From IMG/VR virus record IMGVR_UViG_3300013104_000002, positions 1 through 64,000 of that record: a stretch of 64,000 bases of DNA, one strand, 5' to 3'. Positions 35,796-46,957 of this stretch are shown piece after piece. Every line of letters starts with the position of its first letter. The stretch's first letter is position 1. A program made the position numbers and the translations under genes. The DNA comes from a virus. The notes under the pieces are model-generated. The model was not told where the DNA came from, did not search any database, and was given only the letters and a program-made list of their open reading frames with translations.

Positions 35796-38700
35796 TAGTT
35801 ACAATTTAAGTTTCTTTCTGTTTCTTTATTCTTTTGTGTTTTAATCTGACTTTCGTAGAATTGAAGTTTCTTTAACTCGTCTCTAAGATTAGTCAACCTC
35901 TCTCTTCCTATTATATCAACTGCTCCTCCTCTTACGGATTTTAGCTTACCATCCTCTGTAAAAAATACTTTTTTAATGAAATTTACATCTTTTCTATTCA
36001 TTATATCAATACCTTTATTTTCCACCACATTTTCATCAAAAGCCTCTATTAGTTTATTTCTATCAGGTATTTCAATAGAAGTATTAACTGTTCTCTCAAT
36101 AGCTCTTAAATTATCAACTATTTTTTGACGTAGATTTATAGCATCTGCTTCTGTATCTTCTAGTTTTCCTAGTGTTAAGGTAGAGTAATCAACCGTAATC
36201 TTTGGAGATGAGATCACTTCATCTTCTAAATCTACTTTTATAGTAGCATCGGAAATTAAATTACTTTTATTATAATTAACATCTGCTATCTCATCTGCGG
36301 TTCTAAATGTTTTGTAGTTTTGTAATTCTCCTCTAATTTTATCCTGCTCTTCTTGTGATAGATTTGTAACTCTTGTATTCAGACCTAATGATATCATAAG
36401 GTTATTAGTCAACTTAACAGCTTCTATAGGAGTTTCGACTGAAGATAGTATATCATCAAATAATGCTTCTTTACTATCCTCGGTTTTTACCATTGTTATA
36501 GGGAAAGCAAATTGATGTTTTCCTTTTTGTAATACTACTACAGGTATTTTTAACTCAGGGCTTGATTTAACCAAGTTAGTTACATATAGTTTAGAAATAT
36601 TTTCCGTATTTAACTTTTTATCTGATAAAACAAAATCTTCACCTTTTATATATCCTTGAGTGATTACAGAATTTAATCCTCTTTCAGTTATAGGTAATTC
36701 TAATGGTTTTAAATTTTCATCTAATTGAAAGTTAGGAGTACCAAGAAAAATCTCTTTCACGGCTACATCTGCTTCTAAATCTATTTTATTAGGTAAAGTA
36801 GCTAAAGCTTGTTCTGTTTGTAACACCTCTATAAATTTATCAGCATATTTTTTTCTTAAATATATGAAATTGTCATCCATAACACTGTCATACAAGGCTT
36901 TTAAAGTAGAATTGTTTTTATTAAATTCTCTACTTGTAATTTCTAGAGTATTTTGTATTCTTTCTTTAAGTTCTTCTGATATTTCTCCATTTTTTTCAAT
37001 ATCTGATAAAGATTCGTAAATTAAATCCTGATTCCAATTAGTTTTTAAATCTACAAATAAATTAAGGTTATCTCTTGGTTCAACATCGTACAAATAATCC
37101 GAAATTGTATTGGTATCAAACTCTGAAACTTTTTTTCTTGTAGTCCCATCGTCTAATCTTTCGTATAAATCAGCATATGACCATTTTCCAGAATTTGAAT
37201 CAAAATAATAAAGATTTATAATGTCTTTTACATTGTTGTAATCTTCTAAAGACATAACTATGTTTCCCCTCTTACCTATAGTAATTTTTGTATTACCAAC
37301 AGTAAAAATAGTGCCTGGTATTTTAATATTTTTATCCAATAAGTTTCTGGTTAGATCCTGAGATTTGTTTAACTTACCATCTTTATTAACTGTTTGAACC
37401 GACGCTATAGATACATTAGGTAACAGCTTATCTATAATTGTTTTAGGATTGATATGGACAAAATGAATATCGTTATCTATTATTTTAACTACAGCATTTC
37501 CTGATATGTTTTGAAGAATATCTTGTCTTTCAGTGGAATGTGCATCTTTTTGTTCAGCTGTTTCCTGAGTTAATAGGTCATTATCAATTTCTGTTACTGT
37601 TTCATTTCTATCTAAAACTGTTTCTAATTGTGAAAGTAACTCCACCAAATCTGCAATAGTCATACCTCTCACGGGAAGTGACTGAGCCATGAACCATCTT
37701 TGCATTCTAGGCTGTAAAGTTTGAAATTCTTGTGTTTCTTTTTCAGTAAATGTATTTTGTTTATTATAAAGAGTTTGATATCTTTCCACTTCTTCTTTAG
37801 AAGGTTTCCCTTTAATCATTTCATCTACGTCTTGGGTAAGTAGTGGATAGTCTTTTTTAAAAGCTTGATTTATCTCTTCTCTTAATCTTTCTGCTTCGGA
37901 AATTGGTTTAACTTCCTCTACATCTCTTGTAAGATCAGGTTTATTAGGATTTTGTAAAAGTAAGTTATTAATTTCTTGGGTTTTATCTGAATATATCTCT
38001 TGCTCTCTAGTGGTTAGTAAATCCTTTATTTTAACTTTTTTAGCAATACTAGATATAATTTTTGGAGATACTGCACCTGTTTCTAAGAATGTAGTATAAT
38101 CTTCATTTGATATGATATCTTCTGTTAAAGATTGTTCTGCTGACCTGGCGGTGCTATTTACATAATTGTCGTAACTCTCTTTTAAAAACTTATTTGTAAA
38201 ATCATTTGTAGGCTCACCAAATTTATCAAAAATTTTGCCTAATAATCCTCCTGCATTTTTAAATTTAACAGCAAAATCTCCGTTAATAATAGAATCAATA
38301 GAATTTTGAAAACTAAAAAAACTTTCTTTAGCTTTTACATATTGTCTTTTTAAATCTAGGAGATCATAATAAATTTCGTGATTAACTCCTTGATAAGATT
38401 TAATTTCGTCTTCTATCCTTTGAAGTTTTTGATCGATATTTGATAAATCCTCTCCAGTAATAAATTCTGTATTTAAGTCGTAATTTAAATCTGATGACTG
38501 GATACCTCTTCTTCTTTTACTTTCTTGGCTGACTTGTTGAGCTAAAAGCTCTCTTTCATTTTTTAAATCTGTTAGGGTTTCATTTGCTTCAGTAAATTTC
38601 TCTTGAACAGATTGCAGTCTTGTCCCTTTATTCTCATCAGAGGATAGTTGAAGTTTTTGTAGCTCTTTTGATAATTGTTTTATCTGCTCTTCATTTGAAA

Positions 38701-40843
38701 CAATTTGTTCATTTAATCTTCTAACCTGTTGCTGTTTTGCTTTGCCCATTTTTTGTAGTTGGGTTTGCACTTGTAAAGCTTTTATACTATCTTGACCAAT
38801 TACTTCACCCATATCCACAAGTAAACTGTCCATCATCTTATTGGCTTTTTGACCACTGACAATAGAATACGTTAAAGCGTCTTTTAAGTGTTGGGTATCT
38901 ATATCCTGACCTAGTATTTTACTTTCACCTAGAACAGCATCTGCAAAATCAGAGGCTTTGTCATATGAAGTTAATAAGTTTTGATATCCTTTTAAAACCT
39001 CATTTTTATAAGTTTGGGGATCATTAATTCCTTGCTCGGAAAAGGCTTCTTGTGGTACAGCATCTAGAGCTGTCTTATACTTCGAGAGTAGGTCTTTAGT
39101 ATCTTCTCCTATAGATTTTCTAAACTGGATTTCAGCAATTAGTTGATCTTGTTGAGCCAATGCTGCACCTACATCATCACCTGTATCTATAGCTTGCTTT
39201 TGTCTTTCTACAGCGTTTTGAGTTCGTGCGTTAAACATTATTTTTTTAACTATCGAATCTGTAGCTAGCGCACTTTGGTCTCCAAATTGATTTAATCCTT
39301 TGGCTACGTAATCTTCTTGATACTGCTGTTCTTTATTAAATTCCTGCACTTCTTGGAATTTTCCTCCTCCAATAACCAGAGATGAACCTATTCCTATTAT
39401 AGCTCCAATACCAATTTCTTTCCAGCCTTCTTTACTTCCATATTGATCCGCAAAAGCCTTATAAGTAGCGTCAGATAAAGAAAGAGTTTGATTATTATAT
39501 TTTGGATTATAAGTTGAAGATATCCAATTTTCTGCTGTTTTTGTTGTAACTCCCTGTAATCCCTCTTCCCATAAACCTTCTGTTGCTAATGGTTTTAATG
39601 CAGCATATGTATATTGGGCTATTTTTTGTTTACCTGTAGCTTTTAAACCTTTATATGCTACCTCTCCTGCCTCACCAACAGTTTTTTCTACGCCTATTCC
39701 AAACAAAGACTTATTCATAGATTTAGCTAGTCCTTTTACAGGGCTTTCTATATTAAATAAACTTCCAAACATTGCGTAGTTTGATGGTATTAAAATAGCC
39801 ATATTAGTTGCAAATACAACATTCGCAGAATTCTCTAAGTTTTCATTGAATTGCTCTATTTCTTCCGCGTTAGGGGTTCTTCCATTTAATTTTTCAAAAT
39901 CTCTATAGAAGTTTTCAGTTTGTTCTCTTTTATAGTGAAGAGCTTCTATTCCCGCCTCGTTACCAGACGATGTAGCTAAGAATCTGGCTGTATTTAAACC
40001 TTTAGCTGTATTGGCGAAAAAATTGGCTGTAGTGGTCTTTAGGCTGGCTGTTGTGAAAAGCTTATCCATTCCACTAGCGAGAAACTTTTTAGAATTTGCC
40101 AATCCAACTGCTGCTTCTTCAGCTCCTAGAGCTACTTTACCCCAACGTAATTTATTTCCTAATTTTGCTCCTTGTAATCCCCATTTTGCAGAATTAGCTA
40201 TACCTCCTGTTGCATATCCCCAAATAGCTTCACTAACAATAGTGCCTAAAGTGAATGCTAATCCCCCTGCAACATCCTTAGCCCAGAAATTTGTTGTTAA
40301 TGCACTCTCAAAAAAATTGTCATCCATCTCATCCTGAGATACATAATTAGGAAGTTGATAATTTAACTTATCATTCCAATCTGCTAAGGTATTGCTGAAT
40401 TTATTATCAAAGACTGCATTCCAACTTCCCTGTGCTATCCCTTGAGTGGCTCCATACACAAACCCTACAGTATTACCTGCAATTGTTGTTAATAAATTTG
40501 CACCAGCTTTTGTAAGACCATTGGTTAGTTGATCAAAAGAAGATTGATTTTGTGCTGCATATTCAGCATTATCTCTTCCTACTTCATAGGTAGGGTATTT
40601 ACTTATATACTCATTTCCTACTAAATTATATCCTTCTTCTATTGGTACTTGATATTCTAAAGAAGGTTTTTGTACTTCTGATTGTATTCCTGTTCCTCCA
40701 AACGTAGGAGTTTTTAACGAGTCATATAAAGAAGTTGTTCCTTGTTCTTTAGCTATAGCTTTTTGTTGAAGATTTTGTTGCAACTGTTGTATAGGTTGCA
40801 TTTCGTTATTTACTATATTGGTGATATTTAATTCTTCCTCCAT
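35795..40843 (-). CDS. large ejection/cargo protein with Gly/Ala-rich hydrophobic segments and coiled coil
   Basis: 1682 aa; GLAFTLGTIVSEAIWG, EGLWEEGLQ, IGIGAIIGIGSSLVIGGG; single Cys at 1681. Confidence 0.7.
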   Translation of the reverse strand: MEEELNITNIVNNEMQPIQQLQQNLQQKAIAKEQGTTSLYDSLKTPTFGGTGIQSEVQKPSLEYQVPIEEGYNLVGNEYISKYPTYEVGRDNAEYAAQNQSSFDQLTNGLTKAGANLLTTIAGNTVGFVYGATQGIAQGSWNAVFDNKFSNTLADWNDKLNYQLPNYVSQDEMDDNFFESALTTNFWAKDVAGGLAFTLGTIVSEAIWGYATGGIANSAKWGLQGAKLGNKLRWGKVALGAEEAAVGLANSKKFLASGMDKLFTTASLKTTTANFFANTAKGLNTARFLATSSGNEAGIEALHYKREQTENFYRDFEKLNGRTPNAEEIEQFNENLENSANVVFATNMAILIPSNYAMFGSLFNIESPVKGLAKSMNKSLFGIGVEKTVGEAGEVAYKGLKATGKQKIAQYTYAALKPLATEGLWEEGLQGVTTKTAENWISSTYNPKYNNQTLSLSDATYKAFADQYGSKEGWKEIGIGAIIGIGSSLVIGGGKFQEVQEFNKEQQYQEDYVAKGLNQFGDQSALATDSIVKKIMFNARTQNAVERQKQAIDTGDDVGAALAQQDQLIAEIQFRKSIGEDTKDLLSKYKTALDAVPQEAFSEQGINDPQTYKNEVLKGYQNLLTSYDKASDFADAVLGESKILGQDIDTQHLKDALTYSIVSGQKANKMMDSLLVDMGEVIGQDSIKALQVQTQLQKMGKAKQQQVRRLNEQIVSNEEQIKQLSKELQKLQLSSDENKGTRLQSVQEKFTEANETLTDLKNERELLAQQVSQESKRRRGIQSSDLNYDLNTEFITGEDLSNIDQKLQRIEDEIKSYQGVNHEIYYDLLDLKRQYVKAKESFFSFQNSIDSIINGDFAVKFKNAGGLLGKIFDKFGEPTNDFTNKFLKESYDNYVNSTARSAEQSLTEDIISNEDYTTFLETGAVSPKIISSIAKKVKIKDLLTTREQEIYSDKTQEINNLLLQNPNKPDLTRDVEEVKPISEAERLREEINQAFKKDYPLLTQDVDEMIKGKPSKEEVERYQTLYNKQNTFTEKETQEFQTLQPRMQRWFMAQSLPVRGMTIADLVELLSQLETVLDRNETVTEIDNDLLTQETAEQKDAHSTERQDILQNISGNAVVKIIDNDIHFVHINPKTIIDKLLPNVSIASVQTVNKDGKLNKSQDLTRNLLDKNIKIPGTIFTVGNTKITIGKRGNIVMSLEDYNNVKDIINLYYFDSNSGKWSYADLYERLDDGTTRKKVSEFDTNTISDYLYDVEPRDNLNLFVDLKTNWNQDLIYESLSDIEKNGEISEELKERIQNTLEITSREFNKNNSTLKALYDSVMDDNFIYLRKKYADKFIEVLQTEQALATLPNKIDLEADVAVKEIFLGTPNFQLDENLKPLELPITERGLNSVITQGYIKGEDFVLSDKKLNTENISKLYVTNLVKSSPELKIPVVVLQKGKHQFAFPITMVKTEDSKEALFDDILSSVETPIEAVKLTNNLMISLGLNTRVTNLSQEEQDKIRGELQNYKTFRTADEIADVNYNKSNLISDATIKVDLEDEVISSPKITVDYSTLTLGKLEDTEADAINLRQKIVDNLRAIERTVNTSIEIPDRNKLIEAFDENVVENKGIDIMNRKDVNFIKKVFFTEDGKLKSVRGGAVDIIGRERLTNLRDELKKLQFYESQIKTQKNKETERNLNCN

Positions 40844-43537
40844 TTAAAGCTTATTTATTTCTTCGTCTATATTGTTTTTATTTACAAGGGCAGAGTATAG
40901 TAATTGATTAAGTACATATACTTGAGGGTACATTTCTATTGAATACTTCAAATCATATGAAAGCTTATCTGTACCTAAAAATGAATCTGATATTCTTTTA
41001 TTATTATTGTCTAGAACTTCTATTGCAAATTCATTTTTAAAACCAGAATTCGGATTAGGTTTTACAACTGTTTTTATTTGATATGCGTCTAAATTATTTA
41101 ACGCAGTATTTTTGTATATAGTTGCTTTTTCTTTTGATACTCCTGCTGCAACTAATCTATTTACAATCTCTTCAGACGCAAGCTCTTTTGTGGCTAATCT
41201 CCCTGGTTGAAAGTTGACAACCCCAAATGCTTTTTTAGCTGAAGCGGGGATGTAATTTTCTACTTTATAAGCCATAGTTTGTTGACCTGTTCTACTCGTA
41301 GAGTATGATGGAATTGAAACTTTTATTGGTGGTATTTTAGTATCTTTACTAGCTTGAATATAATTTTGATTTGATGTTGCGTCTAAATTAATGTAATTTG
41401 ATAGTTGATTATAAAGAGAACTAACTTTATTGACTTTATAGCTTAATGGATAGGATTTTGCATTTTTTCCTGTTCCTTCTGATTTTAATTGCTCTATAAA
41501 TACATCTTCACCTCTTTTTCGTATAGTTACATTTTGTTTAGGATCAAAATCAGACCCGCCTGTAACTTCATTACTTACAACGCTTTTTAAAACATTTTCC
41601 CTCACATCATCATCTATAATGTTAAATTGATTATATGCACTCATCATAACACCTTTAGAAGTCTTGCTTTGAATTGTTTTTTCTATCTCAGAACTAGCAT
41701 CTTTTTTTAAATCACTTACATTATATGCTCCTTTACTTATTTCTGATAAAATTTCTGAAAATTCTAATAGTTTTTCAGGGGAGCTTTGTAAAGTACTTTT
41801 TAGATTAGCCCAACCTCCATTACGTTTTACATACTCCTCTGCTTGAGCAGCTTCTTTCCAATCTTTGTCTGATGAAATTGGTCTTCCTACCATTGCATCG
41901 TAATAGTCAATTAGTTTTCCTGTCTTTTTACCTTCTATCATAGTTCTTAAAGAGTTGATATATGTATCAGGATTTTCATTAAACACTTTAGGTAGTGATT
42001 CTCTTCTTACAGTTAGTAACTCCTGTGATTTCTGTCTTTTTACTTCATTATTTTTATACATTTCAGGAGTTGTCTGTCCTGTTTTTTTAAATGATTCATA
42101 AACCGTGTTTGCTAGTGAATTATTTAAATTATTTGATGGATTTTTAAACCTGAATTGGTTTCCTACTACTTCAACACCTCTTAAATTTAATTCTGCCTTT
42201 ACAGTATTTACATCTTCATCTGTAGCTGTTTGCATGAAGTTACTAGCATCTTTTAGTATATTATTGTAAGCTCTATTATGCTCTTTAACTAATGTATCTT
42301 GTCCTGCATTTTCTGCCGAAATAGTTTCTGCTAATACGCTTTCCATTGGAGTGCTTGATATAACACTATTTCCTCCTACAGGATTTCCACTAGCATCTAC
42401 TCCTGCTTTTTTGAACTCCTTAAATTGATCTAATTCAAATTTCTTAGTATCTAAAGCTAATTTTTGTCTGTCAATGTCTAGTTTTTGATTTTCAAAATAA
42501 ACATCGTCCTTTTTATATTCTGTGCTCCATTCTGCTTGCGCTAATTGAGAAATACCGTTTAAGTAATTTTGTCTATCTAATGTAGAGGCTATTGTAGTGG
42601 TATCTAACTTAGATGAATCCATTGCTTTAAATGTATTAATAGATTCTGTTAATTCTGCTGACTTTCTTTTAGCCTCTTGCCTTTGATTATCAGAGTAAGA
42701 TGAATTATTTATTATAGCATCATTTACTTGCTTTTGGTTATTTAAATAATCTATTTTTTGAGCTTTATAGCTGTTATATTGAGCTTCTATTATAGGTCGA
42801 TTAGATTCTATGTTTATTCCTCCACTTTTTTGCCAAGCGTTTATCTTCATTTGCTGTACTTGTGGGGCAGTCATGGTAGACCCTAAGTACTGACTAATTT
42901 CCCAATCCTCTAACCCGTCTATTTCTTTACGTACTATCTGACCAGGGTTATTTGGATCGGGCATTTCCATAAACCTTTTACCTTTTATGTCTTTAATAGT
43001 TTTTAAAGCCTTTAAGTTTTCTTCTGTTACATCTACATACGGCTGATATTGCATAGCTCCTAATTTCTTAGTTTTTCCTTGCATATAATCGTAATAGCCT
43101 CCAGAATACATTCCATATTGATAATTAGCTGAGTTAGCTAATTCAGGATTCTTCTTTAGTATATTTTGATATTCTGTATCGTATGCTTGTTTGTTCTGGG
43201 TAGATGTTATAGCATCTTGGACAATCGGATCATCTACAATGCTAGTAATAGCTGTTAAAATACTATCCCGTGTACTGTTATAAGCAAGATTACCATTCTT
43301 CATTTTATAAGAATCAATAGCCGAAGTGACTTCCTTCATACGAGCCGAAATATACTCCTGATCTAATGGACGTAATGCTTGTAATTTAGAACTATAAGCT
43401 CCTAAAGTTTGTTGAATCAGAGCAGAATTTGCATCAAATTTATTTTGTAATGTACTAAGGGTTTTATCCACTACGTTAATGTCAACATTGCTTTGAGGCT
43501 GTTGTATTCTATATTCTTGACTTAAGTAATTACTCAT
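40844..43537 (-). CDS. putative ejection/cargo protein
   Basis: 897 aa, Q/N/S-rich, no Cys, lies in cargo block. Confidence 0.6.
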   Translation of the reverse strand: MSNYLSQEYRIQQPQSNVDINVVDKTLSTLQNKFDANSALIQQTLGAYSSKLQALRPLDQEYISARMKEVTSAIDSYKMKNGNLAYNSTRDSILTAITSIVDDPIVQDAITSTQNKQAYDTEYQNILKKNPELANSANYQYGMYSGGYYDYMQGKTKKLGAMQYQPYVDVTEENLKALKTIKDIKGKRFMEMPDPNNPGQIVRKEIDGLEDWEISQYLGSTMTAPQVQQMKINAWQKSGGINIESNRPIIEAQYNSYKAQKIDYLNNQKQVNDAIINNSSYSDNQRQEAKRKSAELTESINTFKAMDSSKLDTTTIASTLDRQNYLNGISQLAQAEWSTEYKKDDVYFENQKLDIDRQKLALDTKKFELDQFKEFKKAGVDASGNPVGGNSVISSTPMESVLAETISAENAGQDTLVKEHNRAYNNILKDASNFMQTATDEDVNTVKAELNLRGVEVVGNQFRFKNPSNNLNNSLANTVYESFKKTGQTTPEMYKNNEVKRQKSQELLTVRRESLPKVFNENPDTYINSLRTMIEGKKTGKLIDYYDAMVGRPISSDKDWKEAAQAEEYVKRNGGWANLKSTLQSSPEKLLEFSEILSEISKGAYNVSDLKKDASSEIEKTIQSKTSKGVMMSAYNQFNIIDDDVRENVLKSVVSNEVTGGSDFDPKQNVTIRKRGEDVFIEQLKSEGTGKNAKSYPLSYKVNKVSSLYNQLSNYINLDATSNQNYIQASKDTKIPPIKVSIPSYSTSRTGQQTMAYKVENYIPASAKKAFGVVNFQPGRLATKELASEEIVNRLVAAGVSKEKATIYKNTALNNLDAYQIKTVVKPNPNSGFKNEFAIEVLDNNNKRISDSFLGTDKLSYDLKYSIEMYPQVYVLNQLLYSALVNKNNIDEEINKL

Positions 43538-43559
43538 TATTAATCTTTTTCTATTTATG

Positions 43560-43591
43560 CAAAAATAACACTTTATTTATTACTATGCAAA
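43560..43591 (-). promoter_or_regulatory. Bacteroidota primary-sigma promoter
   Basis: TTTG, 20 nt spacer, TATTTTTG. Confidence 0.7.
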
Positions 43592-43595
43592 TTTA

Positions 43596-46500
43596 TTATA
43601 TTATTTTTGTTCCTTGTAATCTACTTTTTGCAATTTGTGATTTCTTATAAGCGTCAATTTGCTCTGGAGTCATAGATAAATAAGCATTTTCGTTTAAACT
43701 TGGTAAAGCTAGATTTGTTTTCGGAGTGTTTATATACTGTAATCCTACTCCTGGTACGTATTGAAAGTTTTCATTTTGACTATTAATCATATTAATATTT
43801 TCAATATCTTTATAATTCTGCCTATTCTGCAAATTTTGTTCGTTATAGTACGAACGCCAATTATTCTCATAATTATTAAGACCTCCTAACACTTGCTGCT
43901 CATATTGCTGATTAAACTGAGAATTTGTTAAGTCTTCTTTTGAACGTTGCCCCAGATTATATTGATCAATTTGGGCTTGATTTTGTGCATTAAAACTTTC
44001 TATTTTGGATATTGCGTCATTAGAAGCCATTTGAGAAGAAGCTAATCCTTGTGAAAGTAGGGCTTCTTGTGCTTGAGGTGGTAATCCAGATGCTTGTACT
44101 CTTGCTACGTCAGTTCCTCTTTGTCTTTCCTGCTCGGCTAAATACGGCTCAACAGTCTGTTTGGTAGGATCTAACCTACCAAGAGTTATTTGCTCTTTAT
44201 ATAATGGATCAAGTGCTGACGGTGCTAAACGTAAATCATCAGGAAGAAGTGGTAAAACATTTTTTATAATGTTTCGTTGTTCTACAACAGGTTTACCATC
44301 AACTACTACTTTTTCTTCTACTTTAATTTCATCTCCATTTGCCTTTTTAAAATCATAAAGCGGTCTTGTTGAAGAGAATGCACCAAACTTCCCATCAAAT
44401 TGCTGAACTCCTCTTCCAGAGAAACCTACCTGATTTATAATGTTATTAGTTTCTGTCTTAGATATTCCTGCTTCTTCTGCTCTCTTTCTTAATTCTTTAT
44501 TATAAGCATTTTGAAATTTTAAAATCTCTGGTTGTTGCCCTTCTTTTTTAACTGCATCTCTGAAAGCTTGTTTTTTAGCTTCTGTGTCAAAATACCATTT
44601 ATGTAGGTTAATCGTATCTTCTACATTTCTCATTTGTGCACCATATCCTGTCCCTGTAAAAGGTTGGGTTTGCTCTACATTTTGAAGCATGTCTTGGTTT
44701 ACAATAGAATTTCCAGATACGTCGTATCCTGGAATTGTTGGAGTATATCTTGTAGAAAATGAGAATCCTGCTTGTGTTCCTTCCTGAGCCATAGGTACAT
44801 CCCCTTCTGCTGGTTGTTGTAATTGTTGCATTACTCCTTGCACCATTTGAGTGGCTGTATTTTGATCAATACCTTGAGAAACTAATTCTTTTAATACTTC
44901 TTCTGGTGATGATCCTTGTGATAATGCCTGAGCTATGAAATTCATTATTTGCTCTTGATCTGATGAGGTAGGTTGTTCAGGAGTGCCTCCCTCTTGCATA
45001 GCTAAAAGTTCTTGTGCACGTTCTTCTGAAATTCCATATTTTGCTGCAATATTTGATATCTCCCCCCCTTGTTGATAATTTTTTCCTTGTTGAGCGACTT
45101 CTTTACCGTTTTCGTCAAATATTTGAGTACCATCTCCTTTTTTTGGAATAGACTCTTGTATAGAAAATAAATCATCAAACACCATAGATTGAGGATTACT
45201 TAACATGTCAAGTTTTGCTTTACTTGTTTCTATTTCTTTAGATAGAGCTATTTCATTAAGTCTTCTCGTAGTTTCATCTTCTATGTTTGAATTTTTACCG
45301 AATTTTTCTATAAGCCCTGATAAAAAATCTGTCTCTTTTTGAATGCCTAGTTTTTTGTCATATTGTTTTTGAGCATCAGAAAAAGTAGCACCTTTTTTTA
45401 ATTTTAAGTCGTATCTTTCTTTAAGCTCTTTTATATTTTTAGCTGGTATTTTAGTATAATCCGATAGTACTTTATCTCCACCATCTAATCTTACATCTAC
45501 ACCCTCTCCAATCTTACCATTTTTAATGTGTTTTTCACCAACAACTTCCTGCACATTCCCAGTATCTGCTTTTTTAACAAACTCTCCTGATTCTACATTA
45601 TAATTAGGCATGACTTGATCAGTCAAGTATTTTCCTGTAAGAACGTCTGAATTTTTTATTTCACCACCTTGTTGCATAGCGGTAAAAGGATTATAATAAG
45701 AATTAATATAGTTATTATATTCTGGGTTACTTTTTAAAACATTCTCTATATCTAATACGTTTTTACCATATAACGGATTCTTTTTCATATCTATTCCTTC
45801 CTCTGGAATAGGAACTCCATATATTTTTTGCATATTAAAGCCGTGTTCGTTTTTTTCTGTGTTTGAAAAAACTTTACCCCGACCATTGTAAACTTGGATC
45901 TTATCTTCTTCTTTTTTTAGGTTAAGTCTATTAGCTGTATTCATTTTCTCTTGGTAAGCATCCACAAATCCCTGTGCATCCCCTGCATAGTTTAAAACTC
46001 TGCCTATATTACTGTCAGCCTTTCCCATACCTGTTTCTGCCATAGCAATTGCTGCCAACCTGTCTATATCTTCACGTGACATGCCTCTCCCTTTAGCTAT
46101 TTCTATTACTTCGTTAAAACGCTGTGTAGGATAATTACCTGTTATTAAATCTTTGTTTGGATTAATAGGTTTATTAGTTGTTGCTCTTTTTGTGCGGTTA
46201 TCTTTAATATGTATATTATCAGGCTTATTGAAAGTGTTGAAATCTTTTTTTTGCCCTGCTAAATCGAAATCTAACCAATAAGTACCTCCTTCTTGAGCGT
46301 ATTGATAGTTTATTTTAGGATTATAAATATCATTAAACTGTTCTTTTCTAACTCTGTCACTTTCTTTTCCTGAAGCGTATCCTGTTAGAAAACTTCTTGC
46401 TCCTTTTAATACGGATAACCCTGCTCCTAATCCTCCTTGGAAATTATTACCTGAACCAAATCCTTGACCAGCATAATTTAAACTGCTCTCTAAATCTACA

Positions 46501-46913
46501 CCACTATAAGGATTTACTATATTATAACGTGTAATATCATTATATTGAGGCTGATTTCCTGCGATTTGATTAGTTAATTGTTGCCTTTGTTGTTCTGTTA
46601 AGTTTAAATCTTGACCTGAGAATTGATATTGACTGTCTAAATAATTTGTAGCTGGTGTAGCAGATTGGGAAGTAAAAGGTGACCCATTGAAATCATATTG
46701 AGGTATTTCTGGCTTTCCTACATAAGGAGTTGATGTGAAATTATTTACTATTGACGGATAGGTCATAGCATAAGGACTTGGATATTGCCCCCCTTGTTGA
46801 GCTTTATTCCTGTCTTTTTCCATGCTATAAGCTATCGCCGCGGATTGAGCTGAACTATAGCCCTCTTCTTTTAATTTTTTTATCTTGTAACTTATGTATT
46901 CTTCTCTGTTCAT
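43596..46913 (-). CDS. modular virion protein with seven QQGG-type motifs and a lysozyme/transglycosylase-like module
   Basis: AAIAMAETGMG...QVYNG lysozyme-fold pattern; NVESGE...GEKH module; repeated xQ[Q/E]G. Confidence 0.65.
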   Translation of the reverse strand: MNREEYISYKIKKLKEEGYSSAQSAAIAYSMEKDRNKAQQGGQYPSPYAMTYPSIVNNFTSTPYVGKPEIPQYDFNGSPFTSQSATPATNYLDSQYQFSGQDLNLTEQQRQQLTNQIAGNQPQYNDITRYNIVNPYSGVDLESSLNYAGQGFGSGNNFQGGLGAGLSVLKGARSFLTGYASGKESDRVRKEQFNDIYNPKINYQYAQEGGTYWLDFDLAGQKKDFNTFNKPDNIHIKDNRTKRATTNKPINPNKDLITGNYPTQRFNEVIEIAKGRGMSREDIDRLAAIAMAETGMGKADSNIGRVLNYAGDAQGFVDAYQEKMNTANRLNLKKEEDKIQVYNGRGKVFSNTEKNEHGFNMQKIYGVPIPEEGIDMKKNPLYGKNVLDIENVLKSNPEYNNYINSYYNPFTAMQQGGEIKNSDVLTGKYLTDQVMPNYNVESGEFVKKADTGNVQEVVGEKHIKNGKIGEGVDVRLDGGDKVLSDYTKIPAKNIKELKERYDLKLKKGATFSDAQKQYDKKLGIQKETDFLSGLIEKFGKNSNIEDETTRRLNEIALSKEIETSKAKLDMLSNPQSMVFDDLFSIQESIPKKGDGTQIFDENGKEVAQQGKNYQQGGEISNIAAKYGISEERAQELLAMQEGGTPEQPTSSDQEQIMNFIAQALSQGSSPEEVLKELVSQGIDQNTATQMVQGVMQQLQQPAEGDVPMAQEGTQAGFSFSTRYTPTIPGYDVSGNSIVNQDMLQNVEQTQPFTGTGYGAQMRNVEDTINLHKWYFDTEAKKQAFRDAVKKEGQQPEILKFQNAYNKELRKRAEEAGISKTETNNIINQVGFSGRGVQQFDGKFGAFSSTRPLYDFKKANGDEIKVEEKVVVDGKPVVEQRNIIKNVLPLLPDDLRLAPSALDPLYKEQITLGRLDPTKQTVEPYLAEQERQRGTDVARVQASGLPPQAQEALLSQGLASSQMASNDAISKIESFNAQNQAQIDQYNLGQRSKEDLTNSQFNQQYEQQVLGGLNNYENNWRSYYNEQNLQNRQNYKDIENINMINSQNENFQYVPGVGLQYINTPKTNLALPSLNENAYLSMTPEQIDAYKKSQIAKSRLQGTKII

Positions 46914-46957
46914 TTTGATGATATTTCTTTTAAAAATGCTTTTTCGGCTTCTGTTAA

